64,000 bases of DNA. Origin: Clostridia bacterium. Its GTDB lineage: Bacteria; Bacillota; Clostridia; Christensenellales; Borkfalkiaceae. Location: contig JAAUYS010000080.1 of the NCBI GenBank assembly GCA_014804995.1, positions 20,343-84,342 on the forward strand, given 5' to 3'. The position numbers and the translations under genes are program-made. Under the pieces are notes generated by a model. It saw only the letters and a list, made by a program, of their open reading frames with translations. It was not told the origin of the DNA and ran no database searches. The stretch's first letter is position 1; every line of letters begins with the position of its first letter. Positions 32,627-42,193 of the stretch are shown piece after piece.

Positions 32627-32636
32627 TAGCTACACT

Positions 32637-32948
32637 TTATGCTTCACTAAAATCAACTTTAGGAGCAGGAATAATAAATTTAAGCATCCTAGCAAGAAAA
32701 GTAACAGATACTTCAAACATTTTACCATTACTAGGATTACGCATTATATAAACAATATTACCTATATATAAATCTGGATCAAGAGATTTAGCTTGAGCTT
32801 TAAATCTAGCATCAGCTGTAGCATACTTCATCACTTTATGTAATATTGTCCAATTACCTGTAAATTGAGGAATCATAGTTCCATCAGGTTTACGAGTAAT
32901 TACATTACCATCACATTCGATATAACATTTATATATTCTTTCTTCCAT
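32637..32948 (-). CDS. hypothetical protein (103 aa), last gene of the minus-strand block
   Basis: ATG overlaps the stop of the upstream DUF932 gene. No motif. Confidence 0.55.
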   Translation of the reverse strand: MEERIYKCYIECDGNVITRKPDGTMIPQFTGNWTILHKVMKYATADARFKAQAKSLDPDLYIGNIVYIMRNPSNGKMFEVSVTFLARMLKFIIPAPKVDFSEA

Positions 32949-33973
32949 TATGCAGCTTTAATAGCACTCTTAGCTAAATCATAAGCTCTCTGATTAAGTC
33001 TATAACTTCCACCTTGTGTCAAAGAAATAAATCTATCAGTTTCACTATTATAATTAGCTACATTGTTAATGTAACAACTAACACCATTATATAACCACAA
33101 TAATGTACCTCTATGTTTTTCTTGACCAACACCTTTTTCAATAACATCTAGCACAGAACCAATTTTATTTTTAAGTTTTGTACTAATAATTTCAGTGTCA
33201 GCAGAATATATATTAGGTGTAACTTTCATATATGCTTGTTGTTCAGAATTAAGAAACAACTTATAAACATATCCTTTAACATTAGCATCAGCAATCTTAA
33301 TACTCCTAAGAGCTTCAAGTTCTTCACGCATAACTTCCGAATAAGCATAAGTATGTCTTATTTCTTCAACAGCCATCATAATAGATTCTTGTACATTACG
33401 TGTATGTTTAAATGAGAATTGTTGTGTACTATTATTAAGTGCTTGATTCAACATATTATTACATATAACTCTTATATTAGTTACAGCACATTTAATAGCT
33501 CCAGACCCATCATGACTATTTGTAAACAATAAATATCTATCAATATCATCGTCATCAGTAAGTCTTAACGAATCAGGAAATTTAGCTGTAACTAACATAG
33601 AAGCTCCATTCTTATAACAACCAGCTGTTTCTATTCTAACAGATCTATCATAGTTACAAACTTGTTCTATAAAATCTAGAGCAACACTATTTTGAACAAC
33701 TTGATATTTAGAACCTACAGCGCCAAATATATAGTTAGTATCTTTACGATAAGTAGCAAAAGAATCAGGTACCTGATAAAGTAGATACTCATGAGGATGC
33801 TGAACAGGATCTATCTTATGATAAGGATTCTCTAATCTAACTCTAGTTTCAGTAATACCTACTTCAAAATCAAGACCTGCTTCTTTAATAGCATCTTCCA
33901 TACTTAAATCTACAATAGATGAACTAATAGAATTAAGTACATTCTTTCGTCTAATGTAATTAGTTACTGGCAT
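32948..33973 (-). CDS. DUF932 / phage-plasmid-like protein
   Basis: FATYRKD..GAVGSKYQVVQN, ETAGCYKNGASMLVTAKF and LLFTNSHDGSGAIKCAVTNIRVICNNML match the DUF932 (TIGR03299-like) pattern as I recall it. Confidence 0.7.
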   Translation of the reverse strand: MPVTNYIRRKNVLNSISSSIVDLSMEDAIKEAGLDFEVGITETRVRLENPYHKIDPVQHPHEYLLYQVPDSFATYRKDTNYIFGAVGSKYQVVQNSVALDFIEQVCNYDRSVRIETAGCYKNGASMLVTAKFPDSLRLTDDDDIDRYLLFTNSHDGSGAIKCAVTNIRVICNNMLNQALNNSTQQFSFKHTRNVQESIMMAVEEIRHTYAYSEVMREELEALRSIKIADANVKGYVYKLFLNSEQQAYMKVTPNIYSADTEIISTKLKNKIGSVLDVIEKGVGQEKHRGTLLWLYNGVSCYINNVANYNSETDRFISLTQGGSYRLNQRAYDLAKSAIKAA

Positions 33974-33976
33974 AAT

Positions 33977-34654
33977 TTACTTTCTAATTGTAAGTGAATC
34001 TTTTTCAGTTAAAGTCCAAGCATCAAGATTCTCAGGTCTTTCATTAAGAACTTTAATCAAATCAGTTTTAGTATAAGTAATATTAATATCTTGTTTCTCA
34101 ATAAAACAACCATGTTCTTTAAGAGTTTTAATTATATTAATAAACTTATTAGGAGTAAACTTCATATCTATAGTACACTTAGCAAACTCATTAATTTGTT
34201 CAAGAGTTTCAGTACTAACTTTATTCTCAAGAATATCTCCTTTAATAGTTTGAAGATATTCATTAGCCATATCATTTTCTACTTCTACGTCATTAACCTT
34301 TTTAACAGTCATTGTCATATTAGTAGTTTTAAGACTATATGCTCCAGTAGGTTCACCTTTCTTCATAACAGGATCCCCATACTTCCATATAGTATCAGCG
34401 ATGATTTGTTTCAGCTTAGCTTTTTTACTTTCATTAGTCTTTATACGACTATCTAGTGCAGCTTTATATTGCTTAAGTAAAGCAATATCCGAATCAAATC
34501 TATCACAAACAAAAGCATAAGCATATAGTTTCTGCTCTAGTTCTTCTTGTGCAATAGCTAATTCTTCAAGTCTGCTTTCACCAATATCTCCCTCATTATC
34601 TATAGCTTCACTTAATATCTCATCTATCTTGGATTGGATTTCAAATATATTCAT
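33977..34654 (-). CDS. Gp157-like coiled-coil protein (weak call)
   Basis: Acidic N-terminal coiled coil. KLYAYAFVCDRFDSDIALLKQYKAALDSRIKTNESKKAKLKQ resembles the Sipho_Gp157 family. Confidence 0.4.
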   Translation of the reverse strand: MNIFEIQSKIDEILSEAIDNEGDIGESRLEELAIAQEELEQKLYAYAFVCDRFDSDIALLKQYKAALDSRIKTNESKKAKLKQIIADTIWKYGDPVMKKGEPTGAYSLKTTNMTMTVKKVNDVEVENDMANEYLQTIKGDILENKVSTETLEQINEFAKCTIDMKFTPNKFINIIKTLKEHGCFIEKQDINITYTKTDLIKVLNERPENLDAWTLTEKDSLTIRK

Positions 34655-34657
34655 ATC

Positions 34658-34954
34658 TTAATCAGCAAAATTAAGTTCAGGTTGATACATAGTATAATCT
34701 TCAATATCTTTAAAGATTACACATTTAACTTTAGCATAACAATCTGTAACGTGAATAATTTCATAAGTACCATCAACTCTTTGTCCAACAAGAGTATTAG
34801 TATCTATTCTATTATACACTCTATAATGTATTTCTATACTATTTTGAGAAACAATATAAACATCTTTAGGTAAAGTATTATGTCTTAAATAATCAATAAG
34901 ACTAATAAGAGCATCATACCTATTCACTTCAACTTTCTTTTTTTCGCAGTCCAT
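34658..34954 (-). CDS. hypothetical protein (98 aa)
   Basis: Same-strand ORF tightly packed between neighbours. Confidence 0.5.
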   Translation of the reverse strand: MDCEKKKVEVNRYDALISLIDYLRHNTLPKDVYIVSQNSIEIHYRVYNRIDTNTLVGQRVDGTYEIIHVTDCYAKVKCVIFKDIEDYTMYQPELNFAD

Positions 34955-35957
34955 CTAAGTGTAATTGAATATCTTGCATTATAATGTGCATATTAGGATG
35001 TGCTTTACCAAGAGCATCATAAAGTCGTTTAAGTAGAATTACTTTCCAATCAGCATAATAAGCTGTATAAATAATATCAGACTTAATACCAAGAGGTAAA
35101 AACTCTCTAGCATCTTGAGGTTTAAGATTATATTCATCTCTAAGCACATTATATTCAATAGTAGATCTAATAGCTAGAGCAATATATTCATAAGCTCTTT
35201 TTCTATCTTCATTATCATCATCTTCATAATGATGTATTAAAGACTCTGTTATGTTAAGCAATCTATAAAGATTAGAATTTTCATTAGTATCATCTTTTTC
35301 ATAATCATTATAAATATCGATAACATCTTGGAAACATTTATCAAATATATGATTCTTAACCCAATGAGGAATACAGAAAGTCATCTTATGTTTACCATCT
35401 TCAGAATAGTCACACCATCTTGTAGATTCTACAGCCATACTTGTAATACGTTCACGAACTAATTCGTCAACTGTAGAACGTTGAGTAGTGATATTCATAG
35501 TATAACGAATAAATTCATCATCTATAGCAGGTGTGAACCATTCTGTAGCATACTCTTTTAATAGCTCATCAAAATGAGAAGGATTACAATTAATCATATC
35601 AAGAGCAAAACGTTCATGTTTTTCATAAACAATTCTAAGATTAGTGTAACATCTTACATCACTAGACCCAACAACTTTCCTACTATAAGGAGAATCTATA
35701 ATATTAATAATCTCTGTATCATATTCTTTATTTTCATATTTATAAGTATCAAATAGAAAATAACAAGGACAATGCTCAAGAATACTAGTATGACCACGTT
35801 TTATAATAGTATTTAAAAGAAAATCTTTATAAGAACCGGGGGATGCTTTACCCTCGGTCTTATAACAATTTCTACCAGCCAATTCAGCAAGTTGCAGACC
35901 ACCATAGAAAGTATCTGCTTTATAACCATTAACACTAGGTTTTACAAAAGAAATCAT
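34929..35957 (-). CDS. thyX: flavin-dependent thymidylate synthase (ThyX)-like
   Basis: Has GHTSILEH, TTQRSTVDELVRERITSMAVESTRW (RHRxxS-type motif, but read as RER) and DAREFLPLG. At 342 aa it is longer than typical ThyX. Confidence 0.6.
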   Translation of the reverse strand: MISFVKPSVNGYKADTFYGGLQLAELAGRNCYKTEGKASPGSYKDFLLNTIIKRGHTSILEHCPCYFLFDTYKYENKEYDTEIINIIDSPYSRKVVGSSDVRCYTNLRIVYEKHERFALDMINCNPSHFDELLKEYATEWFTPAIDDEFIRYTMNITTQRSTVDELVRERITSMAVESTRWCDYSEDGKHKMTFCIPHWVKNHIFDKCFQDVIDIYNDYEKDDTNENSNLYRLLNITESLIHHYEDDDNEDRKRAYEYIALAIRSTIEYNVLRDEYNLKPQDAREFLPLGIKSDIIYTAYYADWKVILLKRLYDALGKAHPNMHIIMQDIQLHLDGLRKKES

Positions 35958-36235
35958 TCTTTATCTTTATTAATAGGTTCATACAAACAAATACCACCGA
36001 GACGTTCGATTTCATCCTTAATATAGTATATAGCTTTATTAAGATCTTTAATCTCGTCTTCTACCATAGTTTCAGCATTGTGATACTTTAAACCATGACG
36101 CCAAAGATACTTAATAGCATTGCCAATATTAAAATCTCTGTGACGAGTGATTTGAATACATTCAACACCACTAGGATCATCACAATAATGCCTAGGATTT
36201 AATACTTCATCCTTAAATCTATCTGTTATCTCCAT
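35954..36235 (-). CDS. DUF3310 family protein
   Basis: NPRHY..GVECIQI..FNIGNAIKYLWRHGLK..DLNKAIYYIKDEIERL is the typical DUF3310 pattern. Start placed at ATG 36235; the ORF-track start 36283 lies inside the MazG gene. Confidence 0.65.
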   Translation of the reverse strand: MEITDRFKDEVLNPRHYCDDPSGVECIQITRHRDFNIGNAIKYLWRHGLKYHNAETMVEDEIKDLNKAIYYIKDEIERLGGICLYEPINKDKE

Positions 36236-36572
36236 TGCCTTGAATATTACCGTTAGCTTTACGTTCACTAAGTTTAACAACATTAGCCATTACTACTTCA
36301 GACATATTTATACCAAGTTCTGTTGTAATTGCAGCTATATACCAAAGAACATCACCGAGTTCTTTAACAATCTCCTTTTTATATTCTTCATCAAGAGGTT
36401 TATCACCACGATAAAACTTCTTAATTTTATCAGCAACTTCTCCAGCTTCACCAGTAAGACCTAAGGCTTTATATCCAAGATTGAATTCATTCTTAGGATA
36501 TATATCAGTTGTTTTAGTAAATTCTTGATACTTATCAATATCTACTATTTGTATATTCATTACTCCGTTCAT
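36219..36572 (-). CDS. MazG-like nucleoside triphosphate pyrophosphohydrolase
   Basis: Has GLTGEAGEVADKIKK and ELGDVLWYIAAITTELG. Start moved to ATG 36572, next to the upstream stop at 36574-36576. Confidence 0.75.
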   Translation of the reverse strand: MNGVMNIQIVDIDKYQEFTKTTDIYPKNEFNLGYKALGLTGEAGEVADKIKKFYRGDKPLDEEYKKEIVKELGDVLWYIAAITTELGINMSEVVMANVVKLSERKANGNIQGNGDNR

Positions 36573-36573
36573 A

Positions 36574-36834
36574 TTAATCATCATTAAAATTATATTCAAC
36601 AATCTTTTTCCAATTATCACTAGGCATACAACCTTTGTAATCTTTAACACGTTCCATCATGAAATCATCAATTTTTTGAGATATAACATGACAAATACCA
36701 AAATCAGAAAGTTTCTTAGTAGAAGCATCTGTACAAAACACATTAGCTTCTTTAATATCAATACCTATAGAACATAAAGAAGCAATAAAGTATCTACGAA
36801 ATATTTCTTTATTAACAGAAGTTACACCATCCAT
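36574..36834 (-). CDS. hypothetical protein (86 aa)
   Basis: Same-strand ORF, tightly packed. Confidence 0.5.
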   Translation of the reverse strand: MDGVTSVNKEIFRRYFIASLCSIGIDIKEANVFCTDASTKKLSDFGICHVISQKIDDFMMERVKDYKGCMPSDNWKKIVEYNFNDD

Positions 36835-36839
36835 AGTTA

Positions 36840-37802
36840 CTATTTTTTAAATACATATTTTTCAGTAAGTTTTTTAATTTTATTAGATAATTGTTCCATT
36901 TTAAGTTCAATATCTTTAAAATTAGCATGCCATGTAGTAAGATTAATATCACCAACAAATTTAGGTTTAATAATAATATTAAAAGCACATTCAGGACCAT
37001 AAGTTAATTTAGTTTTAGCAATCCATGCTTTAGGATTAGCATAGAAACTAAATGTATCTGTAGTCTTACAAATATTATTGAGATAAATAGGTTTAAGATC
37101 AGCTAAGAGCTTAAATATGTTATTATCTCCAGGATAAGGATCTTCACTTAAGATTCTATCAAAATAGTTCTTAAGCATATCAATATCATTAAAAGTAATG
37201 TTACCTACAACATCAGCTACATAATGAGTATTCTTAGAAACATAATTAACTAATTCACCTCTAATAACGCCTTTAACAAAGTTATTATATTTAACTAAGG
37301 CATGACCTTTAGTAGAAACATTACTTTTCATACTAATACTAAGGTCTATTTTAAATTCAGGTTCATAACTAGTATCACATTGACCATCTTCTATAAGTTG
37401 ACAAATGTTCAATAACTTAAATTCCTTTTCTTTAGGAATTACATCTATAGGTATGTTATGATGAACAATAAAATAACAAATACGTAAAAGAGTCTGATAA
37501 AAAGCTAATTGATTACCACTAGATACAGGAATAAAATCTCCAGCATCAGTCATAATAAAATTAATATTAGACATTAACCAATTACGTTCATCACTAGTAA
37601 CATCGCCTACATTTCTAGGTTTTGTTATAGAATACGGAGCTTCACTACTAGTTGTTAAAACAATAGACGGTATAGTAACTCCATCAATAACAAGATTCTT
37701 ATATTTAGAAGTTGTTATTTTTAAGTTATCAAGTTCTTTTTGAGCTTTAGTATCATTAGACATGATAGGCTCATCATTTTCTTTAAAAGGACTTTCTTCC
37801 AT
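36840..37802 (-). CDS. hypothetical protein (320 aa)
   Basis: Long same-strand ORF. No motif. Confidence 0.6.
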   Translation of the reverse strand: MEESPFKENDEPIMSNDTKAQKELDNLKITTSKYKNLVIDGVTIPSIVLTTSSEAPYSITKPRNVGDVTSDERNWLMSNINFIMTDAGDFIPVSSGNQLAFYQTLLRICYFIVHHNIPIDVIPKEKEFKLLNICQLIEDGQCDTSYEPEFKIDLSISMKSNVSTKGHALVKYNNFVKGVIRGELVNYVSKNTHYVADVVGNITFNDIDMLKNYFDRILSEDPYPGDNNIFKLLADLKPIYLNNICKTTDTFSFYANPKAWIAKTKLTYGPECAFNIIIKPKFVGDINLTTWHANFKDIELKMEQLSNKIKKLTEKYVFKK

Positions 37803-37805
37803 AGT

Positions 37806-39122
37806 TTAATCTATATTTTCATAATCTCTAACACCAAAAGCATTAGCATTAAATGGTATCTTTTTATCAGTACGTTCATAGAATTTAACAGCAAGCATCT
37901 TACCTATAAATTCACTTTTATGACTAAGTATATAAGGAGATTCCATAGTTTCATCTTTGATCCCATTATATACAGATGTAGGCTTAACTTCAAATATTTC
38001 ATCATTAAGGTCATTCCTACATACAAATTTAGCATATTCATTTGTAATAGTTTTACCATTAACTTCTTTAGTAATAGAATCAATTTTAATATCTATACAA
38101 AGAAATTCAGCTTCTTCACATTTCTTAGCTTTCATCATAGTTAATGGTCTAGAGCCAAATTGATATTCAGCTACTTTAGAACGAACAACACAACCCTCAT
38201 AACCTTGATCAATACAAACATCTCTATATGCTTCAACATCATCATCGTTCCTTATATTAGTTGAACATAAAGACACAATGATACCTTTTCTAGCAAGATA
38301 ATGCTCAGCAGGATTATATTGAACATGAATAGGTTTACTAAATTCTTCAGTTTCTTCAAAGCCTATTGTTCCAGCATTAATTGCAGCTAATTTTAATATC
38401 TCTCTCCTAAGATGAAATCTATCACGATTACTCATATCAGGAATACTAAGATCAAAATTAACAAATTGCAAATATTTGTGAAGAGGATTCAAAGGATTAC
38501 GAGCAGCTCCTCCAATAGAAGTATTCTTTTGACCATAAATATAAAGCTCACCATCAAATACAATATCTTTATATTCGTGATAAGAATATACATACTTCGC
38601 AAAAGTTTCTTCAATATGTTTTACATTATATCGTAAACCCTCTTTGCTACGAATAACAACTTCATGAGTTTTACCAAATAATCCATTATCAACCTCATCA
38701 AGTCTAATAGTACATCTTACACCATTAATCTTAGGATCTGCAAGAGCACCATTAGAATAATCAAATACACCCCTACGAAACTTTTGACACTTCATAGGTT
38801 TATCAACGTTATTTGCATCAGTAAGATACTTAGGTATCTTAGTATCTAGCAAATCATATAATTGATTAACACTCTCATATTGAGTATCATCAATTCCATA
38901 ATCTTTAGCAAACTTATAACCTCTATCTCTTTTACGTTTAACTTCAGAACTATAAGAGGTTTTAGTATGAAGTCTAAGTGTAGCTTCTGGTTCTGTTTTA
39001 CTACCTAATACTCCATGTGTCACCTTATCATATAAACCATCAGAACAGATAGCCCAATAGACAATATGACCTAGAGCATCACGCTTATACATAACTTCAT
39101 TCGGACCAAACACGTTCGCCAT
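37806..39122 (-). CDS. ATP-dependent DNA ligase
   Basis: KINGVR (motif I, KxDGxR-like), FDGELY (III), EGCVVR (IV) and MMKAKK (V) in canonical order. Start uncertain: ATG at 39155, 39122 or 39092. Confidence 0.85.
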   Translation of the reverse strand: MANVFGPNEVMYKRDALGHIVYWAICSDGLYDKVTHGVLGSKTEPEATLRLHTKTSYSSEVKRKRDRGYKFAKDYGIDDTQYESVNQLYDLLDTKIPKYLTDANNVDKPMKCQKFRRGVFDYSNGALADPKINGVRCTIRLDEVDNGLFGKTHEVVIRSKEGLRYNVKHIEETFAKYVYSYHEYKDIVFDGELYIYGQKNTSIGGAARNPLNPLHKYLQFVNFDLSIPDMSNRDRFHLRREILKLAAINAGTIGFEETEEFSKPIHVQYNPAEHYLARKGIIVSLCSTNIRNDDDVEAYRDVCIDQGYEGCVVRSKVAEYQFGSRPLTMMKAKKCEEAEFLCIDIKIDSITKEVNGKTITNEYAKFVCRNDLNDEIFEVKPTSVYNGIKDETMESPYILSHKSEFIGKMLAVKFYERTDKKIPFNANAFGVRDYENID

Positions 39123-39615
39123 CAGCATTAATTTTATGTGATAAGACAACAGCAAAAGGAGGATTATTATAAGCTATTAACATACAGTCCCAACTAGACT
39201 TAATAGTAGGATGTGGAGCATAAGAAATACCTTTAAACTTTTTATGACAGAAACATTGATAACTACCTAAAGTCTCATTAGTAACTGGATTTTTACCATC
39301 AGTCTTTTCAAATAAAGTTTTAATAACTTCATAATCCTCATCAGATTTAATCTTAGTAGAACCCATAAAAGCCCCTTCTTTAAAAGGATTAAATCCCCAT
39401 TTAGAAACAAAATCTGATATTATAATTTGTGAATTATCATAAGACTTATTAGCAATATTCTCTTTCAAACTAGTTATAGCATCAGATACAATTTTATAAT
39501 CTTCTTTAGATAAAGGATACAAAAAATATCTAGTACCATTTTCTCTAATACGAAGAGGTATTCCATTAACTAACAAACGTTTAGCATCGGAACAAAGTGT
39601 TTCAATCTTTGGCAT
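39097..39615 (-). CDS. hypothetical protein (172 aa)
   Basis: Same-strand ORF overlapping the primase stop by 14 nt. Confidence 0.55.
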   Translation of the reverse strand: MPKIETLCSDAKRLLVNGIPLRIRENGTRYFLYPLSKEDYKIVSDAITSLKENIANKSYDNSQIIISDFVSKWGFNPFKEGAFMGSTKIKSDEDYEVIKTLFEKTDGKNPVTNETLGSYQCFCHKKFKGISYAPHPTIKSSWDCMLIAYNNPPFAVVLSHKINADGERVWSE

Positions 39616-40651
39616 TTATAATATCATTTAAATACATATTCTTAAACTTATCTTTAACAAACTCATAACTAGTCATACGAACTAGATCTGTAGGATCTTT
39701 AGCTGGATAACCTTTAGTAAAAAACAAAGGATAAAAGTTATAATTAGCTTTATATTCGTTAGCACTATTAATACCTGTAGTATCTGTATCAAATAAAACA
39801 AATATTTTATTATGAGTAGTATCTTTTAAAACCTGTACAATATCATTAGGTAACTTAGCAGTTTCACTACTTATAACATGAACACCTACATTAGTAATAT
39901 TGAGTTCTCGCAGTATTCGATATAGAAGCATCTTGTCTTTCTGACTTTTGATTAATAGCTTATAATCGGTCATTGCAATCGTTTGAATCTCTTCTAAGGG
40001 GCATTTATTATTCGTAATGAACCTATTACTCATTTTCTTATTTCTGAATGGAAAATAGAGCTTAATGGCGTTCGTTTGAATCTGATATTGATAGCATGGG
40101 TCTTTACGAGTATAATAATAAGGATTAGTAATACCATCAATTGTAAATCTATTAACACACTTAACAAACTTATCAATTAAATCATTAGTAATACCAAATT
40201 GATTAAAGTATCTATAATCGTAAAATGTAAAATCTCTTAGTTCAGTACTTATACTTTTAAAGTCACTATTAGCAGCTTTAATATTACTATTGTGAACTTT
40301 AAAAATATAAGCAGTATCATTCATCTTATCAGAAGCATGTTCTATTATAGCAGAACAGATTTCTGTAAAATCAATATTATTATTACAATTCTTTTTTAAA
40401 ACAATACCTACAATTTCAAATACATCACCTCTAAATTTATAATCAGCAAAATCTCTCATAATAAGTTTATCACCATACCATCTAAAACCAACAGATGGAT
40501 TAGGATCATATCTAAGAGGATTAGAGATTTTGTAATTACGTACACAAGTACATCTTATAATCTCATCTTCCGGAATATTAAGAAAGACAGAAAATATATG
40601 TACTTGGTCTAGAGTTTTAATAATATATTCTTTATCTGTAGTAGCCCACAT
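39602..40651 (-). CDS. DNA primase (Toprim/DnaG-type)
   Basis: Toprim E (ISSETAKL) and DxD (VLFDTDTTGINSANEY). N-terminal RWYGDKLIMRDFADYKFRGDVFEIVG. The ORF-track TTG start at 40693 lies inside repeat e; the first in-frame ATG is 40651. Confidence 0.6.
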   Translation of the reverse strand: MWATTDKEYIIKTLDQVHIFSVFLNIPEDEIIRCTCVRNYKISNPLRYDPNPSVGFRWYGDKLIMRDFADYKFRGDVFEIVGIVLKKNCNNNIDFTEICSAIIEHASDKMNDTAYIFKVHNSNIKAANSDFKSISTELRDFTFYDYRYFNQFGITNDLIDKFVKCVNRFTIDGITNPYYYTRKDPCYQYQIQTNAIKLYFPFRNKKMSNRFITNNKCPLEEIQTIAMTDYKLLIKSQKDKMLLYRILRELNITNVGVHVISSETAKLPNDIVQVLKDTTHNKIFVLFDTDTTGINSANEYKANYNFYPLFFTKGYPAKDPTDLVRMTSYEFVKDKFKNMYLNDIINAKD

Positions 40652-40659
40652 AATTACAT

Positions 40660-40714
40660 CTTGAAATACTTTACAATCACCAGTAGGGAACAAGGTGAGG
40701 TAAGGAGCGACATT
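40660..40714 (-). repeat. GC-rich dispersed repeat, copy e (between 40714..41193 and the primase gene)
   Basis: Reverse complement: AATGTCGCTCCTTACCTCACCTTGTTCCCTACTGGTGATTGTAAAGTATTTCAAG. It begins at the last base of the upstream TAA stop. Confidence 0.85.
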
Positions 40715-41193
40715 TAGCGTTTTATATTACACTTATCAGAGCCATGATAATGTTCTCCTTCATTATCATTATCTTCAGCACAAGGTTTATGACATTTATG
40801 ACAAATAGCTACATCTTTATCAAAAGGACATTTGTCTAAATTAGGAACCTTGTGATCACAATGATTAGGTCTATTAGGCTTATGTTCAGTATCCGGTCTG
40901 TTAGGTTTATCAGTTCCACATCCTGGTTCAAACGGAGGTCTAAAAGGAGGTCTAGGATGAGGTTTAGCAGTATGTTCTTCCATATATTGCTTTATAACAT
41001 TTACTATTTTATTAGATAAAGCAATAGTCTCCATTTTTTCATTATATTCATCTTCATGAATAGCTAAACGTAAATCAGTATCTTCTAGAACTGGATCTAC
41101 AATAGCTTTAACTTTTTCAGCAATTGTGTTATTAGGTGTACCCCATTTATTAATAGGATGACCATTTTTAGCATTATAAAGAGTTAGAATCAT
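40714..41193 (-). CDS. hypothetical protein with His/Cys/Pro-rich C-terminal half
   Basis: HPRPPFRPPFEPGCG..HKPNRPNHCDHK..CPFDKDVAICHKCHKPC..HYHGSDKC suggests metal binding. Its TAA stop is immediately followed by repeat e. Confidence 0.55.
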   Translation of the reverse strand: MILTLYNAKNGHPINKWGTPNNTIAEKVKAIVDPVLEDTDLRLAIHEDEYNEKMETIALSNKIVNVIKQYMEEHTAKPHPRPPFRPPFEPGCGTDKPNRPDTEHKPNRPNHCDHKVPNLDKCPFDKDVAICHKCHKPCAEDNDNEGEHYHGSDKCNIKR

Positions 41194-41214
41194 AATTCGT
41201 TAATTTAAAGACAC

Positions 41215-41245
41215 AAAAAAAAAGGGAGTACCCGTAGGCACTCCC
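41215..41245 (-). terminator. intrinsic terminator after 41276..42109
   Basis: Minus strand: GGGAGTGCC-tacg-GGTACTCCC followed by T9. Confidence 0.8.
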
Positions 41246-41275
41246 TCAACATCAAAACATGAACCAATAAGTAGA

Positions 41276-42109
41276 TTAGTACTTACCACCTGCATACTTT
41301 TCCTGCAAAGCATTAACAGCTTCAGCCGTCATACCAGCAGGAGCATCACCATAACCCATAGACACAGCAGCCGTAGCAGCTTTGCTATCTTTCTTGTCAT
41401 CGTCAGCTCCTTCAGCAAGAACAATGGTCTCACCCGGTTTAATCTCAATAGACGGTTTCTTACCCTCTGTATATCTCTCTACATAACCCTCACCAACAAA
41501 ACCAGGAACAGACAGATATTTACGATCAGGATAATGAGCAATGAGCTTCATCCATACAAGAATATCAGAACCATCTTCATTAATAAATACCGGCTTACCT
41601 TCTTTACCTTTATTAAAAGCATTAACAAAGAATTGACAGAAAGAACGCCATGCTTCAATTCTATCATTAATTGTAGCATTCATGTCAATAGGCTTCGGGA
41701 ATCCCGGCTCTTCAAAATTAGCGCAACCCTTATAAGCATCCAGTCTATGACGACAATGACGATAAGTTTCCATCAAAATAGAACTAAACGTCTTAGCATC
41801 TACAGCAGAACCATCACTCTTCTTAGTAGTAACAATTCTATAAGAATCGCTATAGTATCTGTCAACTTCATCTTCTGCTGTATGAGCTTCTTTATAACGG
41901 AAGACTAAAGTCGGAACAGGAATACCTGCATATTCATAAGTAGATGCAATACCTTTGTCATCAATTTTCGGTGTAGTAGTTTCTTTAATCTCTACAGATA
42001 CCAAAGAACCAAGACACAGATTATTAAATTCAGCACGGGGTTTAAACTTTTTATCCGAGGTTACAACGACTTCTTCAAAACCTACAACACCAACATTAAC
42101 TTCACTCAT
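41276..42109 (-). CDS. hypothetical protein (277 aa), G+C-enriched, probably highly expressed
   Basis: Flanked by intrinsic-terminator hairpins at 42131-42158 (upstream) and 41215-41245 (downstream). Composition is clearly more G+C-rich than its neighbours. Confidence 0.6.
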   Translation of the reverse strand: MSEVNVGVVGFEEVVVTSDKKFKPRAEFNNLCLGSLVSVEIKETTTPKIDDKGIASTYEYAGIPVPTLVFRYKEAHTAEDEVDRYYSDSYRIVTTKKSDGSAVDAKTFSSILMETYRHCRHRLDAYKGCANFEEPGFPKPIDMNATINDRIEAWRSFCQFFVNAFNKGKEGKPVFINEDGSDILVWMKLIAHYPDRKYLSVPGFVGEGYVERYTEGKKPSIEIKPGETIVLAEGADDDKKDSKAATAAVSMGYGDAPAGMTAEAVNALQEKYAGGKY

Positions 42110-42130
42110 TTTAGTATAAATTTAGTAGTG

Positions 42131-42158
42131 AAAAAATAGAGGAGCTTTCACTCCTCTA
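42131..42158 (-). terminator. intrinsic terminator after 42194..42889
   Basis: Minus strand: TAGAGGAG-tgaaag-CTCCTCTA followed by TTTTTT. It lies 21 nt upstream of the next ATG. Confidence 0.75.
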
Positions 42159-42193
42159 CTCATAAGATAGATATTGATTTATTCAAGCAGGAA

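Larger units (their letters stand above)
32420..32632. repeat. ~210-bp imperfect palindrome (arms ~85 nt, built from repeat copies c and d) at the convergence of the two transcription blocks
   Basis: The arms GCTAAGTGTTGC...CCCTACTGG..TTGG.GAGTA..ATAAAAGC.TTTC..AGC.TCT align at roughly three quarters identity by eye. The centre contains TTAATTAA. Confidence 0.75.

Noticed and set aside
32520-32771. Plus-strand ORF of 83 aa in the convergence region.
   Set aside because: It runs through repeat copy d (LPVGNKVRIGAT) and then antisense into the real minus-strand gene 32637..32948. It is most likely an artefact of the palindrome.
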